Both the position numbers and the translations under genes were made by a program. Below, in pieces: positions 24,346 through 37,589 of a stretch of 64,000 bases of DNA. Positions within the stretch are counted from its first letter, which is position 1. Each line of letters begins with the position of its first letter. Under the pieces are notes generated by a model that did not search any database, was not told the DNA's origin, and saw only the letters and a program-made list of their open reading frames with translations. This DNA is from Isurus oxyrinchus (taxonomy: Eukaryota), in NCBI GenBank assembly GCA_026770705.1, contig JANJGN010000016.1, positions 44,950,001 through 45,014,000 of the forward strand. Reading direction: 5' to 3'.

Positions 24346-25332
24346 ATTTTCAGACAGTTGAAGGGTTTACAATTGATAAGGAGATGGCACTGGATAGGCT
24401 GCCTGTACTTCAAGTTGATAAGGCACCAGGACTGGATGAGATGCATCCAAGAAAAAAGTGAAAGTGGAAATTGCAGAGCCACTAACCATAATTTTCCAAT
24501 CTTCCTTAGGCTCAGATGTGGTGCCAGAAGAGAATTTCAAATGTTACACCCCTATTCAAAAAAATGTGTAAAGACAAGCCCAGAAACGGCAGGTTAGTCA
24601 GTTTAACCTCAGTGGTAGGGAAGCTTTTAGAAACTTTGGCTCAGATGGTCTCCGGATAATCAGAGACGGATCTACGACCCTAGACGTGAGTTAGGACCCT
24701 GTAGAAGTTTGACACATTGACTCCGTGGCAGTTGCCTGGGAAGTTTGAACTTCTGGTGGGCAATTTCCCTGTTCCCCAGGACCCTCTGAAAAAGTATCCA
24801 ACTCTGAGTTAGAGTCAGAGGCTTTGGACAGTTCTGATGTACTTACCTGGGTAGTTACCCAAGAAATGTTGGACAGAAAAACCCTAGTCTAACTCCTGGG
24901 TAATTATACAACTGATACTCCAAACACTCACTCTTAACACCAGACTCCACCCCTCGACCCCTGACTCTTGCCCTAACTCCCCACCTACTCCCTGACCCAC
25001 CTACCAATGCCATCCTAACCACTTACCATCCGACCGAACTGATATCCTATCCACCTGCCCCCTACCCAGCTGCCACCCTACCTACCTACCACCCTACCCA
25101 GATGTCACTATATCCACGTACCAACCCAACCAGCTGCCACCTGACTTGTGAGTAAAGTTAGAACTCATGGAATAAAGTGGACCGTAACTGCATGGATAAG
25201 AATTTGGCTGAGTGACAGGAAACAGAGAGTAATGGTAAACAGTTGTTTTTTTCAGACTTGAGGAAAATTAATAGTGGCATACCTTGGGGATTGGCATTAG
25301 CTCCCTTGCTCTTTGTGATATACATCAATGAC
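24346..25332 (+). mobile_element. Older CR1 RT fragments (with unrelated insert ~24637-25158)
   Basis: gataaggcaccaggactggatgagatgcatcc; VSLTSVVGKLLE; KVRTHGIK..WIRIWLSDRKQRV..LFVIYIND. Confidence 0.85.
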
Positions 25333-28300
25333 CATAAGATCATAAGACCATAAGACAAGGGAGCAGTAATTAGGCCATTCGGCCCATCAACTCTGCTCCG
25401 CCATTCAATCATGGCTAATAAGTTTCTCAACCCCATTCTCCCTTTGATCCCCTGACCAATCAAGAACCTATCTATCTCGGTCTTAAATTCACTCAATGAC
25501 CTGGCCTCCACAGCCTTCAGTGGCAATGAATTCCATAGATTCACCACCCTCTGGCTAAAGAAGTTTTTACTCATCTCTGTTCTAAAAGGTCTTCCCTTTA
25601 CTCTGAGGCTGTGCCCTCGGGTCCTAGTCTCTCCTACTAATGGAAACATCTTCCCCCACGTCCACTCTATCCAGGCCTTTCAGTATTCTTTAAGTTTCAA
25701 TCAGATCCCCCCTCATCCTTCTAAACTCCATCGAGTATAGACCCAGAGTCCTCAAACGTTCCTCATATGTTAAGCCTTCCATTCCTGGGATCGTTCTTGT
25801 GAACCTCCTCTGGACTCTCTCCAGGGCCAGCACATCCTTCCTGAGATATGGGGCCCAAAATTGCTCACAATATTCTAAATGTGGTCTGACCAGAGCCTTA
25901 TAAAGCCTCAGCAGCACATCCCTGCTTTTATATTCTAGTCCTCTTGAAATAAATGCCAACATTGCATTTGCCTTCCTAACTACTGACTCAACCTGCAAGT
26001 TAACATTAAGAGAATCCTGGACTAGGACTCCCAAGTCCCTTTGCACTCCAGATTTCTGAATTCTCTCCCCATTTAGAAAATAGTCTATGTCTCTATTCTT
26101 CCTACCAAAGTGCATGACCTCACACTTACCCACATTGTATTCCATCTGCCACTTCTTTGCCCATTCTCCTAACCTGTCCAAATCCTTCTGCAGCCTCCCT
26201 GCCTCCTCAATATTACTTGTCCCTCCATCTATCTTTGTATCATCTGCAAACTTAGCCAGATTGATCTCAGATCCTTCATCTAGATCATTAATGTATAAAG
26301 TGAAAAATTGTGGTCCCAACATTGACTCCTGAGGAACTCCACTAGTCACCGGCCGCCACCCCTTATCCCCACTCTCTGCTTTCTGCCAGACAGCCAATCT
26401 TCTATCCATGCTAGTACCTTGCCTCTAACACCATGGGCTCTTATCTTACTGAGCAGCCTCCTGTACGGCACCTTGTCAAAGGCCTTCTGGAAGTCCAAGT
26501 AGATAACATCAATTGGCTCTTCTTTGCTTAAGCTATTTGTTACTTCCTCAAAGAATTCTAACAGATTTGTCAGGCATGACCTCCCCTTGATGAAACCATG
26601 CTGACTTTGCCCTATTTTACCATGCACTTCCAAGTATTCTGACATCTCATCCTTAATAATGGACTCTAAAATCTTACCAACGACTGAGGTCAGGCTAATC
26701 GGCCTGTAATTTCCCGTCTTTTGCCTCACTCCCTTCTTAAACAGGAGGGTTACATTAGTGATTTTCCAGTCCTCTGGGACCCTCCCTGATTCGAGTGATT
26801 CCTGAAAGATCACCACTAATGCCTCCACTATCTCTTCAGCTATCTCCTTCAGAACTCTGGGATGTAATCCATCTGGTCCAGGTGAATTATCCACTTTCAG
26901 ACATTTCAGTTTTCCTAGCACCTTCTCCTTGGTAATGGCCCCCATACTCACCTCTGCCCCCCGACTCTCTTGAACTTTGGGGATGTCACTCATGTCTTCC
27001 ACCGTGAAGACTGACGCAAAGTACCTATTCAGTTCCTCCGCCATTTCTTTGTTCCTTACTACTACTTCTCCAGCGTCATTTTCCAGCGGCCCAATGTCCA
27101 CTTTTGCCTCTCTTTTACCCTTTATATATCTAAAAAAAACTGTTGCAATCTTCTTTTATATTACTGGTTAGTTTACCCTCATACTTAATCTTCTCCCTCC
27201 TTATTTCTTTTTTAGTTGTCCTCTGTTGGTCTTTGTAGGTTTCCCAATCCCCTGGTTTCCCACTGCTCTTCGCTGTATTGTATGCTTTCTCTTTAGCTTT
27301 TATGTTGTCCCTGACTTCCCTTGTCAGCCATGGTTGCCTCGTCCTCCCTTTAGTATGTTTCTTCTTCCTAGGGATGAATTTTTGTTGTGTCTCGCAAATT
27401 ACTCCCAGAAACTCCTGCCATTGCTGTTGCACTGTCTTTCCTGCTAGGCTCATCTCCCAGTCAATTCTGGCCAGTTCCCCTCATGCCTCTGTAGTTGCCT
27501 TTATTCAACTGTAATACCGTAACATCTGATTCCAGCTTTTTCCTCTCAAATTGCAGGGTAAATTCTATCGTATTTTGGTCACTTCCTCCTAAGGGTTCCT
27601 TCACCTTAAGCTGCCTTATCAAATCTGCCTCATTACACATCACTAAATCTAGAATTGCCTGTTCCCTGGTGGGCTCCACCACAAGCTGCTCCAAAAAGCC
27701 ATCTCGTAGATATTCCACAAATTCCTTTTCTTGGGATCCACTACCAACCTGATTTTCCCAGTCTACCTGCATATTGAAATCTCCCATGATCACTGTAAGC
27801 TTGCCTTTCTTACACACCTTTTCCATCTCCAGATGTATCTTGTGCCCCACATCCTGACTACTGTTCGGAGGCCTGTACGTTACTCCCATTATGGTTTTTT
27901 TACCTTTGTAGTTCCTCAACTCTACCCACACAGATTCTACATCATCTGACCCTATGTCATTTCTTGCTATTGATTTAATTTCATTTCTTACTAACAAAGC
28001 AACACCACCCCCTCTGCCAACCTGCCTATCTTTTTGATAGGATGTACATTCTTGGATATTTAGCTCCCAGTCCTGATCCCCTTGCAGCCATGTCTCTGTG
28101 ATGCCCACCACATCATACTTGCCAATTTCAATCTGCGCCACAAGCTCATTTACCTTATTTCGTATACTGCGTGCTTTCAGATACAACACCTTCAGTCCTG
28201 TATTTCCCGTCTCCTTTCTCATTGTCATCCCTTTATCTGATGCGCTTGAAGTTAGATTACTAGCCCTTTCCAAACGCTCTGTCCTATTTTGTGTTCTGGA

Positions 28301-28945
28301 GACTTTAGTAGCCTCTCCTGGGCTTTCCTTTCTTTTCAGTTTTTTCATAATTTTCCATGAAGTTGAATCCACCCCCCCCCCCCCCCCACACGCTAACCTG
28401 CGGCTTTGTTTCCCATTACTCATACTTCTTGGGGTTTTACCCTTCCCTTTCCCCTACTTTCTAGTCTAAAGTCCTGTTGACCATCCTATTTACCTTTATC
28501 GCTAGAACATTGGTCCCAGATCGGTTCAGGTGGAGACTGTCCCAATGGTACAGATCCCTCCTGTTCCAATACTGATGCCAGTGCCCAACGAAATGGAACC
28601 CCTCTTTTCCACACCACTCCTTTAGCCATGTGTTTACTTCCCTTATTCTCGCAAGCCAATTTGCACATGGCTCGGGTAGTAATCCGGAGATTATAACCCT
28701 TGAGGACCTGTTCTTTAACTTGGTTCCTAGTTCCTGATATTCCCCAAACAGGTCCTCTTTCCTAGTCTTACCTCTGTTATTTGTCCCGATGTGGACCACA
28801 ACAACTGGATCTTCCCCCTCCGTCTCCAATATCCTTTCAAGCCGGTCAGAGATGTCCCTCACCCTGGCACCGGGCAGACAACATACCATGTGGGACTCTC
28901 GATCCTGCTTACAAAGGATGCTATAAATTCCCCTAATTATAGAAT
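25333..28945 (-). mobile_element. Relatively young CR1 LINE: ORF1 SGNH esterase domain + ORF2 EN/RT + 3'UTR, few frameshifts
   Basis: ORF1 DSIIRG..VCCLPGARVRD..VHIGTNN..DSLHLN (28461-28945); EN YDVVGITETW, MGDFN; RT QHGFIKGRSCLTNL, KFADDTK; tail (cttatg)n. Confidence 0.97.
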
Positions 28946-29870
28946 CTAGGCTTTTGTGTACAGGGCACAATTTCAAAATTTGCAGATCATGCAAAACTTG
29001 GAAGTATTGTGAACAGTGAGGTGGATAGTGTAGAACTTCAAAAGAAAATAGGCAGGTTGGTGGAATGGGTGGACAGGTAGCAGATGACAGAGAAGTCTGA
29101 AGTGATTCATTTCAGTAGGAAAAATGCAGAGACACAATACAAAATAAAGAGTATATTTCTAAAGAAGGGGCAGGAGCAGAGGGATCTGGGTATACATATG
29201 GATAAATCATTGAAAGTGGCAGAACAGGTTGAGAGAGCAGTTAATAAAGCATATGGCATCCTGGGCTTTCTCAATAGAGGCATAGAAAAGCAAGAAAACT
29301 ATGTTAAAGCTGTATAAAGCTCAACTGGAGTATTATATCCAGTTATGGGCACCACATTTTAGGTTGTGAAGACATTAGAGACAGTGCACAAAAGATTCAT
29401 GAGACTGGTTCAGGGATGAAGGACTTTGCAGTTACGTAGAAAGATTGGAGAATTTGAGACTGTTCTCCTTAGAGGGAAGGTTGAAAGGAGATTTCTAAGA
29501 GGTAGTCAAAATCATGAGGGATCTGGACAGAATAGTTATGGAAAAATTGTTTCCATTGGTGGAAGGATTAAGAACCAGAGGACACATGTTTAAGGTAATT
29601 GATAAAAGAAGCAATGACGACATAAAAAAAACATTTTCATGCAGCAAGTAGTTAGAATTTGGAATGCACTGCCTGAGATTGTGGTGGAGGGAGGGTCATT
29701 TGAGGCTTTCAGAAGAGAATTGGATCATTATCTAAAAAGGAAAAAATTGCAGGGCTAAGTGGAAAAGGCATGGGAGTGTCACTAGGTGGATTGGCCCTTC
29801 AGAGGGCCAGTGCAGACACAATGGGCTAAATGGCCGCCTTCTGTGCTGTAGCTATTCTATGATTCAATGA
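28946..29870 (+). mobile_element. Older CR1 resumes (RT C-terminus, 3'UTR)
   Basis: Joins 25332 in frame as YIND|LGFCVQGTISKFAD; tail ttctatgattcaatgattc. Confidence 0.9.
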
Positions 29871-29871
29871 T

Positions 29872-30243
29872 TCAAAATCCTCCATAGCCTCAGCCCTCTT
29901 TATCTCTTGAACCCTCATCAGGCCTACATATCCTCCCATTATCTGCACTCTTCTAATTCTGGACTCCCGAGATTCCCAGTTTTAATTATGCTTGGTGGCC
30001 GGGCCTCCAGTTGCCAATGTCCTAAGCTGTGGGATTCCCTCCCTAAGTCTCTCTCCTTTTCTACCACCCTCTCCTTTCAGACATGCCTTCATACCTATCT
30101 CTTTGATTAAATGACTGGTTATCTGTCTGAACTAATGTCTCCTTATGTCATTCTCTATCAGCTTTTGTTTGATTATGCTCCTGTGAACTGCCTCTGAACA
30201 ATTTGGTATTACTAAAGTGGCTACCTAAATGGTAATTGTTGTG
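29872..30243 (+). mobile_element. L2 3' end (downstream piece of the split element)
   Basis: GGRASSCQCPKLWDSLPKSL..HTYLFD, followed by an L2-type tail. Confidence 0.8.
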
Positions 30244-30297
30244 TGCATCTTACGTCCACATGTATAGCCCTAAATGTGCTGTGGTAATTTAAACCAT

Positions 30298-30944
30298 GGG
30301 CAGAATATTGTGCTCGGCACCCGGGCGTGCGCCCGACCCACCCGAGCGTAAAATGACACCTGATGACATTGGGCGTGCATCCCGACGTCATCGTGCAGTC
30401 TGACAATATTTTGTTCGGCAGGTGCACGCTGGAATTGGCTGAGTGCCCGATATTAATTAAAAGGCCTGTTAAGGCCACAAACAATCTAATTAAATTCAAA
30501 TTTACCCTGCCGTCCAACCTAACGGTTGTTGGGCAGGCGAAAAGGCCAAGTGGTCTTTACATTTTCTAGGGAACCTCAACCACAAGAGGAATGAGGTTTC
30601 CTAAAGCTAATAAACATTAAATAAAAACTTTAGCTCATGTGTGACAGAGTCACATGAGGGGACATGTTTTATTAAATTTTTATTCTCTTAATTTTTTTTT
30701 AGCGCTTCAATCTCCCTGAGGCAGCTCCATACCTCAGCGAGATTGAAGCGTTCTTTCTCGATCATGCCGTATCACCCTCCTCCCCCCCGCCCGCCCAAGC
30801 AGCACTCAGCACTGTCGCTCGCGATCCACGCAAGGAAGGTCTTAATTGACCCGTTCGTGTGAAATCGCGGTGTGCAGTCAATCGCAGGCGGCTGTCAGCT
30901 TCCTGCCCCCACCGAGCACCCCTGCCAAGGGCAAAATCCTGCCC
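30298..30944. mobile_element. Harbinger-type MITE (hairpin subfamily)
   Basis: TIRs gggcagaatatt / aaaatcctgccc; TSD CAT/CAT; homologous to 15944. Confidence 0.85.
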
Positions 30945-31159
30945 CATGTTACCAATGTAAAATGCCAAACCACAGGAAGAAAAAATGTCTATGTTCAAAA
31001 ATAGTTAACTCTCCCTCCTTCCATCCTGTGACTGATTCTTCCAAACTTTATCCAGCCAAGGAAGAATTTGTTGAGAAGAAAGAAATTGAAATGTTGATTC
31101 CTGCATGGCATTCCACTTATGCAAGGAAGGTGACCCTGATTATTACAAACTACTCTTAC

Positions 31160-31256
31160 AATGGCTGGATGTTCTCTTTCATAGCTGATCCAAAATTGTT
31201 CCGTATCTGCACACTTGGTTTTCAATGTTCTACAAAATGTCCAGCAAGTTTTCAGC
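31160..31256 (-). other. Candidate exon (97 nt)
   Basis: Acceptor ggatttttacAG, donor GTAAGA; one frame open (LKTCWTFCRT..EHPAI), another reads AENLLDIL*NIENQVCRYGTILDQL*KR. Confidence 0.3.
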
Positions 31257-32061
31257 CTGTAAAAATCCCCCGAAGCAGAGAGAAAGTACAGCAGTTTCTC
31301 AAATTCATAAAAACCAACAAACACTATGTTCAATTTTATGATTTCAATTTGATTAAAATCAAATGCTAATTTCCGACTCATATAATGAAGAGGGATCTGG
31401 AAAATCATGATGCTACAATTAGAAGGTTAGCATAGAAAAATACGAGATAGAGGGCTTTGTAAAAAAAAGGCTCAATTAGATGAAATCATTCAATACTGCG
31501 GTCTGAATTGGGAGAAATTAATCATCAGAAGAGGTCAATAATCAATTTTTATTGTCTCTTTGTGCTGTGGTTACTTCAGGACATGGATGGAAAGGAACAG
31601 AAAACCTTAAGCAAAGAAGTGCAGAAGAACAAGGTCAGATTAGGTTTTCCCCCTTTCTGATTTCTGTTCTCATCTTATCCCTGTCTTCTTGGTCATTATT
31701 ATGTTAATAACTTGGTAAAGCCAAGAACCTTGTGAGCCATTGCAAACATACCTTCCAAAACCATGTATTGTAACACTAATGTCATTCTCCCTGATCACTT
31801 TCATTGTTGGTTTTGCATGGTTTGAATAGTTTATCATGATGTTCCTCCATGTATTGCAAATGATCTCTGAACCTGACCATTAAGTGGAATTACAGTGGAG
31901 CTTTCTTTACAGAAAGTTTGGTACTTTATATTTTTACGACCATGTGGGGAGGAGTAAAAATTGACTCCGTCTCTAATTTACGATTCTGCATCTGGCTGTA
32001 ACAGGGTTTTGTTGTGCATTTAGCGAGGATGTTCTTTGCCAGTACTTCAGGAGTTCTACTA

Positions 32062-32988
32062 TGTATGCTTTCAGGCTATAAATAATTAGCCAGACGGGTG
32101 TTTTGAGTTTAAATTAAAGAACGAGATAGGTTTATTGACCCTAATTCCTGAATTTAAAAAAAACTAGGTAAATCGTGACCCTCATTCATACGTTACACAC
32201 ATTCCTCAGGCCCCAAAAACACACTAGCACAAATGGTAGAATATGAGGATAGAGTTAAAGAATTTTTACAATTTATGAAGAACATAATCAAAGAAATATG
32301 TAGTTAACTGTCCTTTGGCTGGTCCACTGCAGTGATTCCATGTTGCAGCCGTTTTGTTCTATTGTCTTCCAGGGTGTAACTATATGGAACGGATTTCTAT
32401 GCTTTATCCCCAAAAGATCTTGCAATAGATTTCTCTTCTTAGAATGGCTGCTCTGCAATATCGTGCACAATACTTCCACAAGAGAGAGAGAGAGAGAGAG
32501 GGGGAGGGAGAGGGAGGGGGGAGGAGAGAGAGAGAGAGAGAGACAGCTCTTACAGCCTTTCAATATATCTTTCCGGTCATTGTCCTGAATTGGTAAAACA
32601 GCTCTTAAAAAGCCTTGCTGGCTGTATATTCTAGAAGAACTCAATTACCATTTCTGCTCTAGTCATTGTGTTGTAGTACAGGTAATTACATTTTTGATGT
32701 CTCATCTCAGAAACTTTTGAAGAGTAAAAGTCAAAAGGAGATGGGATCTTTCACTCTCCCCAGGGGATGGGGGGAGGTGGGGGGGGTGGGGGTGGTGGGA
32801 GTTGCGGTGCAGGAGTGTTGAGAGTCTGTTCCTTTGCATCCCAATTTGGGTCAGAATGCAAGTTGTCTGTTCAGCTGGCTGTCAGTTTTTCCATTGTCTT
32901 AATGGGATTACAGTTTATTAAAACCCAGCCAGAAACAAGGCATTAGAAATTGTACCTTTGTCTTTAAAAATAACATGCCCTTGTAACA
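32062..32988 (-). mobile_element. Possible solo LTR
   Basis: TG...ACA ends, minus-strand AATAAA near the left end, internal (GA)n; no exact TSD seen. Confidence 0.3.
32481..32543. repeat. (GA)n / G-rich microsatellite
   Basis: Read directly from the sequence. Confidence 0.95.
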
Positions 32989-34046
32989 ATATAAACAAGG
33001 GTGTTTTCAAAAGACCCAGGTGACTACCTTGTGACTCAATGAAAATATCAAGGTACAGCAGCCTGCAGGATAAATGTAAGCTTGTAAGCACAGAGTGGAA
33101 CCTGCCAAGTCTCTCCCCATGTCAATATTGTTTTAAATGTCAAGCATGCTGCTGCACCTGGTATCTAGCACTGCTTCATTGAGAGCTCTGACTTATGGAT
33201 GGGAAGAAAGATGAACTGCCAAGAAAAGGGCTGCAGGGATTGTCCATATATTTCTTTGTTTTACTACACTGCCAGTCTGGTTTATGGCACTTCTACTTTT
33301 TAAATCATCGAACTAAACTTTACTAAAGCAAATTATCATGGAATATAATTGTAATTTCAGATTTTCCTTCTCTTTCAGTAATGACACATGACAAAAGATT
33401 GAACCAGGCTTAAATGTGTGTATCCCTAACAGCTCTACAGAGAGGGTGACTAGGACTAAGGCTCACTCTTAAAATAAGTCACTTAGATTACAAAAGAGAT
33501 TAGACTTATTTTACATTTTTGTGAAAGAAGGCCTTTTCTAACATCCACCTTTGCTGTTCATGCCACTTTCTCACAAATAAACTTCCTGTCCTTGTAAGAA
33601 GTAAGGCATTCAGAAGAATTAATCCACAACATGTATTTATAAGGATAGACAGGAATGTCAAACGGTTTACCACAAGTACATTGTCACAAAATTTAACCAA
33701 AAAAAAACCGCAAGTAAGCAATTTAACATGGCTATAGGGTTAATCACACTCATCAATGCCTATTTTTTGTAATATTTTAGTAATATTATAATCATCAGTA
33801 CCACATAATTCAAAAGGGGACAATTGCATTTCTTTGGGAGGAACACACTGTTCTCGCCAACTTCTTTAAAATAAACTTTATAGCCTGCCAAGAAAAGCTT
33901 GTGTAAGTCAGCAAACTCCTGTAGTGACCTTCTAACAGAGATTGGCAGCTAGAATAGAACTAGTTATGGCTCCACAAATTGCAACCATCCTGACGTTAAT
34001 GGTCACAGTACCAGAAAATATTGCACAGATCTGGTTACAGTGAGGT

Positions 34047-34497
34047 AAGAAAGAAAGAACTCACATTTAGATAGCACTTTCATGGACTTCAGGATGTCCC
34101 GGAGCATTTCACAATCAATGAAGTAATTATGAAGTGTGGTCAATGATGTAAAATAGGGAAATTCAGCAGCCAGTTGAGTGAAGCATGTGCCATAAACAGT
34201 AATGAGATGAAAGATTTGGTAAACTGTTTTAGGAATGTTGGTTGAGGGAATATTGTTGCCAGGACACCAGAAGAACTCTACTGATCTTCTTCAAATAGTG
34301 GCATGGAATCTTTAACATCTACCCAAGATAACAGATGGGCCTTGATTTGACATCTCATCTGAAAGACATGACCTCCACCAGTGCATCACTCCTTCAGCAT
34401 TACTCTGGTGTCAGTCTAGATTAAGTGCTCAAGCAGTGGGGCTTGAACTGAGGACCTTCTGATTCAGAGGTGCACTCCACAGATCCAAGGCTGAGGC
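34047..34497 (-). mobile_element. Deu-domain SINE, near full length with tRNA-like head
   Basis: aaagaaagaac tail, Deu core, head ggcttgaac..ttctgattcagag. Confidence 0.8.
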
Positions 34498-34724
34498 CTA
34501 ATGGAAACAGCAACACTTGGCAATTAGGGGCAGGAAACCATTGAGTATGAAACTGGATTGAGCAGCAAGAAGAAAAAGTAGCTAATATCTTTCCATGTCT
34601 TGTTAAAAAAAAACTTAACAGGAAAATAACTTTTCCATTGCTCTTGGTCAGAAGAAATGGTACTGGAGGCATTAAAATTCATAAATCTAGCCATTCAGGT
34701 AAGAACACAAGACTAGTGAAATAT

Positions 34725-35410
34725 GTGGATGCATAGCAGATTAAATTTAATGCAGAGAAGTGTGAAGTGATGCATTTTGGAAGAAGAGAAGTAAGGAAAG
34801 CAAAATAAACTAAATGATACAATATTAAAGGGGATGCAGAAGAGTTTACATATATAAATCTTTGAAGGTGACAGACAAATTGGTAAAACTATTAAAAAGA
34901 GCTATTTAAAAGCATATAAATCCATGGTGTTATAAATTGAGTACAAAAAGAAGGAAGTTATGTTAACCCTGGCTTCAGCTAGAGTATTGTGTCCAGTTCT
35001 GAGCTCCACACTTTAGAAAGGACAGTAAGGCGTTGGAGAGAATGATATCAGGAATGAGGGTGTTCGGCAATGGAAAAACATAAGATGTTGGATTTGACCT
35101 CCTTAGAGCAGAGAAGGTTAAGGAAGATTGAATAGAAGCATTCAAAAGAAATGAGAAAATATGGAAAAAAAATTCTAATGGTGGGTAGCTGGTTACCAGG
35201 GAACATAAATGTACACTAATGGGCAAAAGAGTCAGATGGAAGAAAGGGGCAGATAGGTTACATATAGGATGGTGGAAGCAAATTCCACAGTAACTTGTAA
35301 AAGGAAATTGGATAAACACTTGGAAAGGAAAATTTTTGTCGGAAAATATGAGGAAAGAGTGGGGGAGCAGGAGTTTGTCCAAAGGCAAAATGGACTCCCT
35401 CTGTGCAGTA
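34725..35410 (+). mobile_element. Old CR1 RT/3' fragment
   Basis: FNAEKCEVMHFG; LEYCVQF*APHFRKD. Confidence 0.8.
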
Positions 35411-35759
35411 ACATATTCCCCATACAGATGATGTCATGATGATGGAGAACAATAAGACCGGCACTATTCAGTGAGGTTGCTTCAGTCCATGTTCTGAGTT
35501 GCACCATTGATTGAAGCACATCAGTCTGTGGTTAGTTAAGAAAATATAGCTATGTAATGGAATCATTTGGATTATCCATACTTTGGTCCAGAGTTCTGTG
35601 GAAAGGGTTGTCAGAAACATAGGATGCCAGTGTTGCCTGAGAAATCTGAAAAGACTTCTAATTAAATGACAATTTAAGCTATCAGGTGGTTGAAGATTGT
35701 TTAATTGTACACAGCTGTTGGACAAAAAGGACTGCAGCTGTTTTCACACAAAATGTGGA

Positions 35760-37060
35760 ATTGTAATACTGAGCTGCTATTGCCACATTTAACAACAGTG
35801 CTTGTATCTGATGTAGTAAAATTCACAGGAATGTTATCAAACAAAATTTGACTCAGAGCATGTTAGGGCAGATGACCAAAAACTTGATCAAATAGATAGA
35901 TTTTAAGCAGTGCTTTTAAGAAGGAGGGAGAGTTAGAAAGGTAGAGAGGTATAGGTTAGGAATTCCAAATATTCCAGATAGACATTGTAAAATGTCCCAT
36001 TTTAAACTCTAGCCTTCAGGGTTAATATGAGATACATGTGAATTAGCAGGCAAACTGTGGTCGAACACAGTACACTGCACAATAAATGGCAAATGCGACC
36101 AAGATAGATCCCATGGATTTCTCAGCAACCCACCCAGATATCAGTAAACACTGAGACAACCAATCTCATTGAAACTCTATCTCTCTCATGAGGAATTCCA
36201 GTCTTCACCTTTGAATATTTAGCCTTGTAATTCTCTCGAAACGTTGCTCCGACTTAGACTGCCTCAATGACTGCTCACCTCCAGGGTTTCAATCTCATTT
36301 CCTGACACCCTATTCCCCTGGATTCCTGAGTCTGCACTCTCCAGAACCAATTCACTAGCACAATTTCAGCTTTTTAGCCACATCAAGCAGAACACCACTA
36401 TTCCAAAGGGCTACCTTTGTCCCAACAGCCTGCAGCACAGGATCACTAACCTTCAGCTACCTTCCCAGAGCTCCAGGGTTTCTCCTGAACCCTCATTACT
36501 TAAAGCCTGCTGACTGCAGTACTCTTACTTGCAGCCTCTTTCCTTGCTCTCCGTCTCGGTGGCTCCCTCTCCATTTCCTTCTTTTTCTCTGGGGACCTCT
36601 CCCTGGATTCCCTCTCTGGGTTCCCTCTTTGGGATCTCTCCCTGTCCCCTCTCCCCGGATCCCCTCTGTGTTCCCTCTTTAGTACCTTTCCCTGTCCTAT
36701 CTCCCTGACTTGGTGAAAGTAAGGACCTGAGCCGTAAAGTCCTGGATGACCTCAAGTTTACAGAGGATAGAATGTGGCAGGTGTGCCAGGAAAGCATAAA
36801 GTTTAGTCTAGAGATGACTAAGGTATGGCTGGGGGTTTCAGCAGCAGATGAGTTGAGGCAGAAATGGAGTCAGGTGATGTTACAGAAGTGAAAATAGGCA
36901 GTCTTAGTGATGGTGTGGAATATGAGGTCAGAAGCTCATCTCAAGGTCAAACATGACACCAGGTTTGCAGAAAGTCTGGTTCAGCCTCAGATGCTTGCTA
37001 GGGGGATGTATGGAGTTGTTAAGGAACAGAGGTTGTGGTAGGAACTGAAAACAATCGCTG
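35760..37060 (-). mobile_element. L2 fragments (35760-35975, 36716-37060) flanking an LTR-like insert (~35987-36715)
   Basis: L2 3' end and RT C-terminal fragments on the minus strand; the insert begins TGTAA and has pyrimidine-rich degenerate repeats. Confidence 0.5.
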
Positions 37061-37589
37061 TCCATTTGGTACATTCTTCCACAAATCTGAGAGTACACAA
37101 CTCAGTAATGGATACAGGCTGCACACATACATTGAGAGTTAGGGTATGTAGTAGCTAGGGAGGGGCAGACTGCACAGACACATTTAAATTCCAGCTTTGA
37201 GCTGCAGTTGCTTCACATTTGTGGGGTATTGTTTAATTTTTAAAAATTTTTCTTCATTAGATTTTTCTCCTTTTTGTTCTCTCCTGAAACCTGGGACTGA
37301 TGTTAAGATATGATTAGTCCTCTGAAATCTTGTTGAAAAGTCAATTTGGAAATAAGCAATTCAACCATCTCAGTCCAGTCCGACTCTGTGTTTAGCTGCA
37401 GACATGCCATATGGATGTTCATTCATTAGCTTGTCCCAGTATACTTGCAAACACTGATCCTTGCCTAAAGTTTAGATCAATTTGATCTGTTTTTTATTTA
37501 TGCAAAGGTATACTCTGCCAACATTGATAATACATTTGTTCATCACTTGTAACAGATCATAAATCATAACAATGATGTTGGCAAGTATA

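Noticed and set aside
24940-25145. Short repeats as a CRISPR-like array or telomeric repeats
   Set aside because: Degenerate irregular units, no repeat-spacer periodicity, not (CCCTAA)n; eukaryotic context
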